Below, piece after piece: positions 60,649-64,000 of a DNA stretch of 64,000 bases (position 1 is its first letter; each line of letters starts with the position of its first letter). The notes under the pieces are model-generated. The model was not told where the DNA came from. It did not search any database and saw only the letters and a program-made list of their open reading frames with translations. Location of the stretch: NCBI RefSeq assembly GCF_036588685.1, contig NC_086383.1:24986001-25050000 (forward strand), in the 5' to 3' direction. This DNA comes from Mytilus trossulus (Eukaryota). The position numbers and the translations under genes are program-made.

Positions 60649-63600
60649 TATATTAGGTAATCAACAATTATGAAGGGCAGTAAATAATGTTATTTTATGT
60701 TCTCTAGCTAGTTGTAACAATTTCTGTTTATAAAATGTAGGTACCGAAATATAAGTAAACTAAACAGAAAGACGACGACGAAAACCCTTTGATGTGCTTC
60801 ACAATAGGCGGCAGGAGTACTTTTGAGCCAATTACTGTTTTTCGGGGGTATCATTTCCGCCAAATTTAGTTTTTTTCAAATGTATCACTATGATTGCGCC
60901 AATATTCGGAACTGATTTGCGTCAATTTAGCCGCTGAAACGTTGTATGTGCAGCGAGTTACAAATGCCAGACTGTGTAAACAATATATTGTACGACTGTA
61001 CCTCGTATATTTTATTTTTGGCGCAAATGATACTATGTAATTTTAAAATCAGTGGTGCAAACGTAGCATTAGAGAAAAAAGTTGTGGGGCAAAAGGACGC
61101 ATATTTGGCACAAACGAATTAATTTCTCCCCTTATAATTGTGTTTGTTTTAGAGATACTTTTTACCAAAGAAACTCCGGAACTTGGACCAGTTTTAGGTT
61201 CACTGAATAAAATGCCTATGAATATGCTAATAAGCAAATAGACAAACTGTTTCCGTCTTGGGGAACCAAAATTTATTTAACTCTACCTCGGAAAGTGGGG
61301 TTGGAAAATCATATTTTAATTAACCTTTTTCGAACTTTTAAAAGGAACATTATTATGTTTGGGCTCAGAGAAAAGTAAGATATAATTTCTGATTGAGCGT
61401 GCTCGTAAGTTAATTTAATGTTAATTTCTTCATATAAGATAAAAAAAGAAAAGAAAAAAAAGGAGGTTAATTTATTCCTATGATTTTCAGTATTAAGGGA
61501 GGGAGGTCAGTGTACATTACAGAGCTCTATCTATTTATGGGGGAAATCAGAATGTAATTCTTATTATAATAGGCAGTGCCGGGCTTATTCGCCGGCGCAT
61601 ACAAAACAGGCTGAAATATGTTATTTTGCCGGCTCTAGGTGAAGATCGGTGAACTGAAGACAATTTTGCCGGCAAAACGATTTTGCTGATGAAAAGATAT
61701 GCAATTCAAAGAATTAACTTTTATTTTTCACATTTATGATTTTGAAGCAATCATTTTCATTGAATACAGGTTAATAGAATCAGAGTTTAATGTTTAAAGT
61801 AATAAAACTTTATTTGAGATTTTTTACTATTGTTTTTTTTTCTTTTTAAGCTTACAAATAAGTCTGATACATCATTAATTGCTTTACTTCTGGTAATTAA
61901 TGGATTCTCAATAGTTTTTCTATCATTTCACTTGGATTCTTAAATAGATTTATGTTATTATATGAACTGCGTCGCATAGATATCGACCTTATGTAAATGA
62001 ATCACTATACAAATCATTTGGTTGATTTATAGAACAAATATCGCTTCGATACCCACGGACTATTTAAAATGTTCGAAATTATAATACCTATTTTAGGTTC
62101 TCCAAATGGTATGAATTATCTCCCCTAAAAAGATGCAACTTCGAAGTTGTTGCTGAATGTGCAAATGTCAAAAGGCTGTCAGTATGATTCTACGAATTTC
62201 TGCATCATGGTAAAGAAACTAATGCCTTCAAATAAATGCATTAGCTTTCAATATCCCTAAGTCATAAAACGTTGATTTACCTTACAAAAAGGGGGAGGAT
62301 ATCTGATCTGTCATAAATTTATTTGCAGTCTTGTCTAAAAATAAGGTCAACTTTATAAAACACATATGAATTAAACTAAAAAGTCTTCTGAAGACGATTA
62401 TGAGTCTTATCCTATGAATAAATATATAGAAACAGCAGACAGATAAATAAATTCTGAAAAAAACTTTCGGCTTTGACTGTGCTGTTGCACTTGTCTTTTT
62501 TGTAGTCTAGATAATTATGATGTCTTACTGGCGTGACAGAAAAAAAATAAAATAGCCTTTCAAGAGGTCATTTTAATTTTTAACGGCCTCACAGAAAAAG
62601 TTAAAATATAGCCTTTCAAGATATGTCATAATTATTTTCCTGGCATCACCATATCACAGAAAAAAATTAAAATAGTGTTTCAAAAAGTCATAATTATTTG
62701 GACTAGTGGTAGCCTTGTACATTTACTGTACAAACTGTTCAGGGTAAGACCTCTGCAGAAAATCAAGTTTGCTGTCATTCTGACAGCCTCTTGTTTGTTT
62801 ATACTGAAATACTTATAGATTATCTTTGTTCATCTCAACGAGATTGATTTTCCTCGCTAGAGCCGGCACAGCGAAAACAAGAAATGCAATTGAGTTGAGA
62901 TGACCAATGATATTCTGTTTATCCCTATTTTACCTATGATGATGTTGTCAATTTCATGTTAATTTCATTAGCAACGCCACATGCCTCCTTAGTTTCTAGC
63001 GATAATTTTCCATCTCAAGCGAGTAGCATGATATGAAAAATTATCACAAAAAAAGTTCACAGGTAAAATGCACAAAATAGCGATAAAAATGTATAACCTT
63101 AAGCCAAACAAAATTTGATGTGGATGAAAAAATATATAGTAATGTTAATGTATAAATGATGTACATGTGCGTGTAGTTAAATGTACATATGACATGTACT
63201 GTGTTTCTTTTTTTTTCATTTGATTCCAATTTTATTGATTTCTTGGGTGAAGGTGAACTAGGCAATGAAATGTTCAATGAAAGACAAATTTAATATAGGC
63301 TTGTATTCAGACTTCAGGAAAACCACTAAATTAAATATCCACTAACATTTTTTTCATGAAAATTGGAATCCATGAAAATATGTAAATCCACAGTACATTA
63401 AATTATTGTAGGAGAGAAACCGAGAAAGTTAGAAAACTTAATTCTTCAAAAAAATAAATAATTGGCAGTAAACTGATTACAGAATGGTTATTTTACATGG
63501 TCAACAAGAATTGCAGGGGTGGATCCAGCCATTTAATAAAGGGGGGGGGTCCAACTACATATCCCCATTCAAATGTATTGATCGTCCCAAATCGTCTAAT

Positions 63601-64000
63601 TTATTAGAGTCTAACCTCTTTAAAACATTTGATATAAAACACAATATAATATACACAATTTATAAAAGAGTCACTCTAAAAAGAGTTATGAGATACTGTA
63701 AAAACACAGATTAAAATACATTTATATTACATTTACAGTGATATTGTTGGCTTTTTTCAAAACTACCTTTTTTATTGAGAAAATATGCATCATTTTCATC
63801 AAATTAGGAAATTTAAAATCAACGTTGAATTTACTGGAATTTCAATTTACAGAGCCATTTTCAAGAGTCAATCCCTGCTTTAAAATAAGACCTCATTTTG
63901 TTAGTGATGATACATAAATAGACCCTCAAATCTGCAAGTATAGTCATTTGAGGCATAAAAAATGTTTAAATGAGTGTTTTTCAGTTTATATTCATGCACA

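Larger units (their letters stand above)
37862..62392. repeat. Segmental duplication block (B2 + A3 + A-downstream flank)
   Basis: 37862-56540 matches 17848-36012. 56540-62392 matches 9035-17637 apart from the 443-bp array and other indels. Similarity ends at ~62392. Confidence 0.9.

Noticed and set aside
62392-64000. Coding sequence at the right end
   Set aside because: Only short ORFs and repeat fragments are present, with no convincing exon.

Overview
This is strongly AT-rich, intron-containing animal DNA. Its repeat landscape resembles a bivalve, probably a Mytilus-type mussel; that is recognition from memory, not a search result. Nearly all ORF-track entries are repeat or intron noise. 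Manual splicing recovers five intact 5-exon genes from two paralogous types of secreted Spaetzle-like cystine-knot protein, ordered A1(+) 4375-8719, B1(-) 21102-24890, A2(+) 30816-35696, B2(-) 41124-44835, A3(+) 51110-56217. This is a tandemly amplified ~20-26 kb unit carrying a head-to-head B<- ->A pair. A (208 aa) and B (181 aa) share intron phases, a 10-Cys framework and a conserved core promoter. Downstream of A1 is a 4.8 kb array of about 10.9 near-identical 443-bp units (10584-15389), inserted in a TA run and absent from the paralogous site near 57770. Each unit reads as a complete Pol III-type transcript (A box, B box, T7) joined directly tail-to-head, with base-paired 5' and 3' ends, which suggests concatemeric reverse transcription of a structured, possibly circular RNA. 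The window also holds many decayed copies of a hammerhead-ribozyme (retrozyme-like) element, several MITE/TIR elements, DINE-1/HINE-like elements, LINE 3' remnants and minisatellites.
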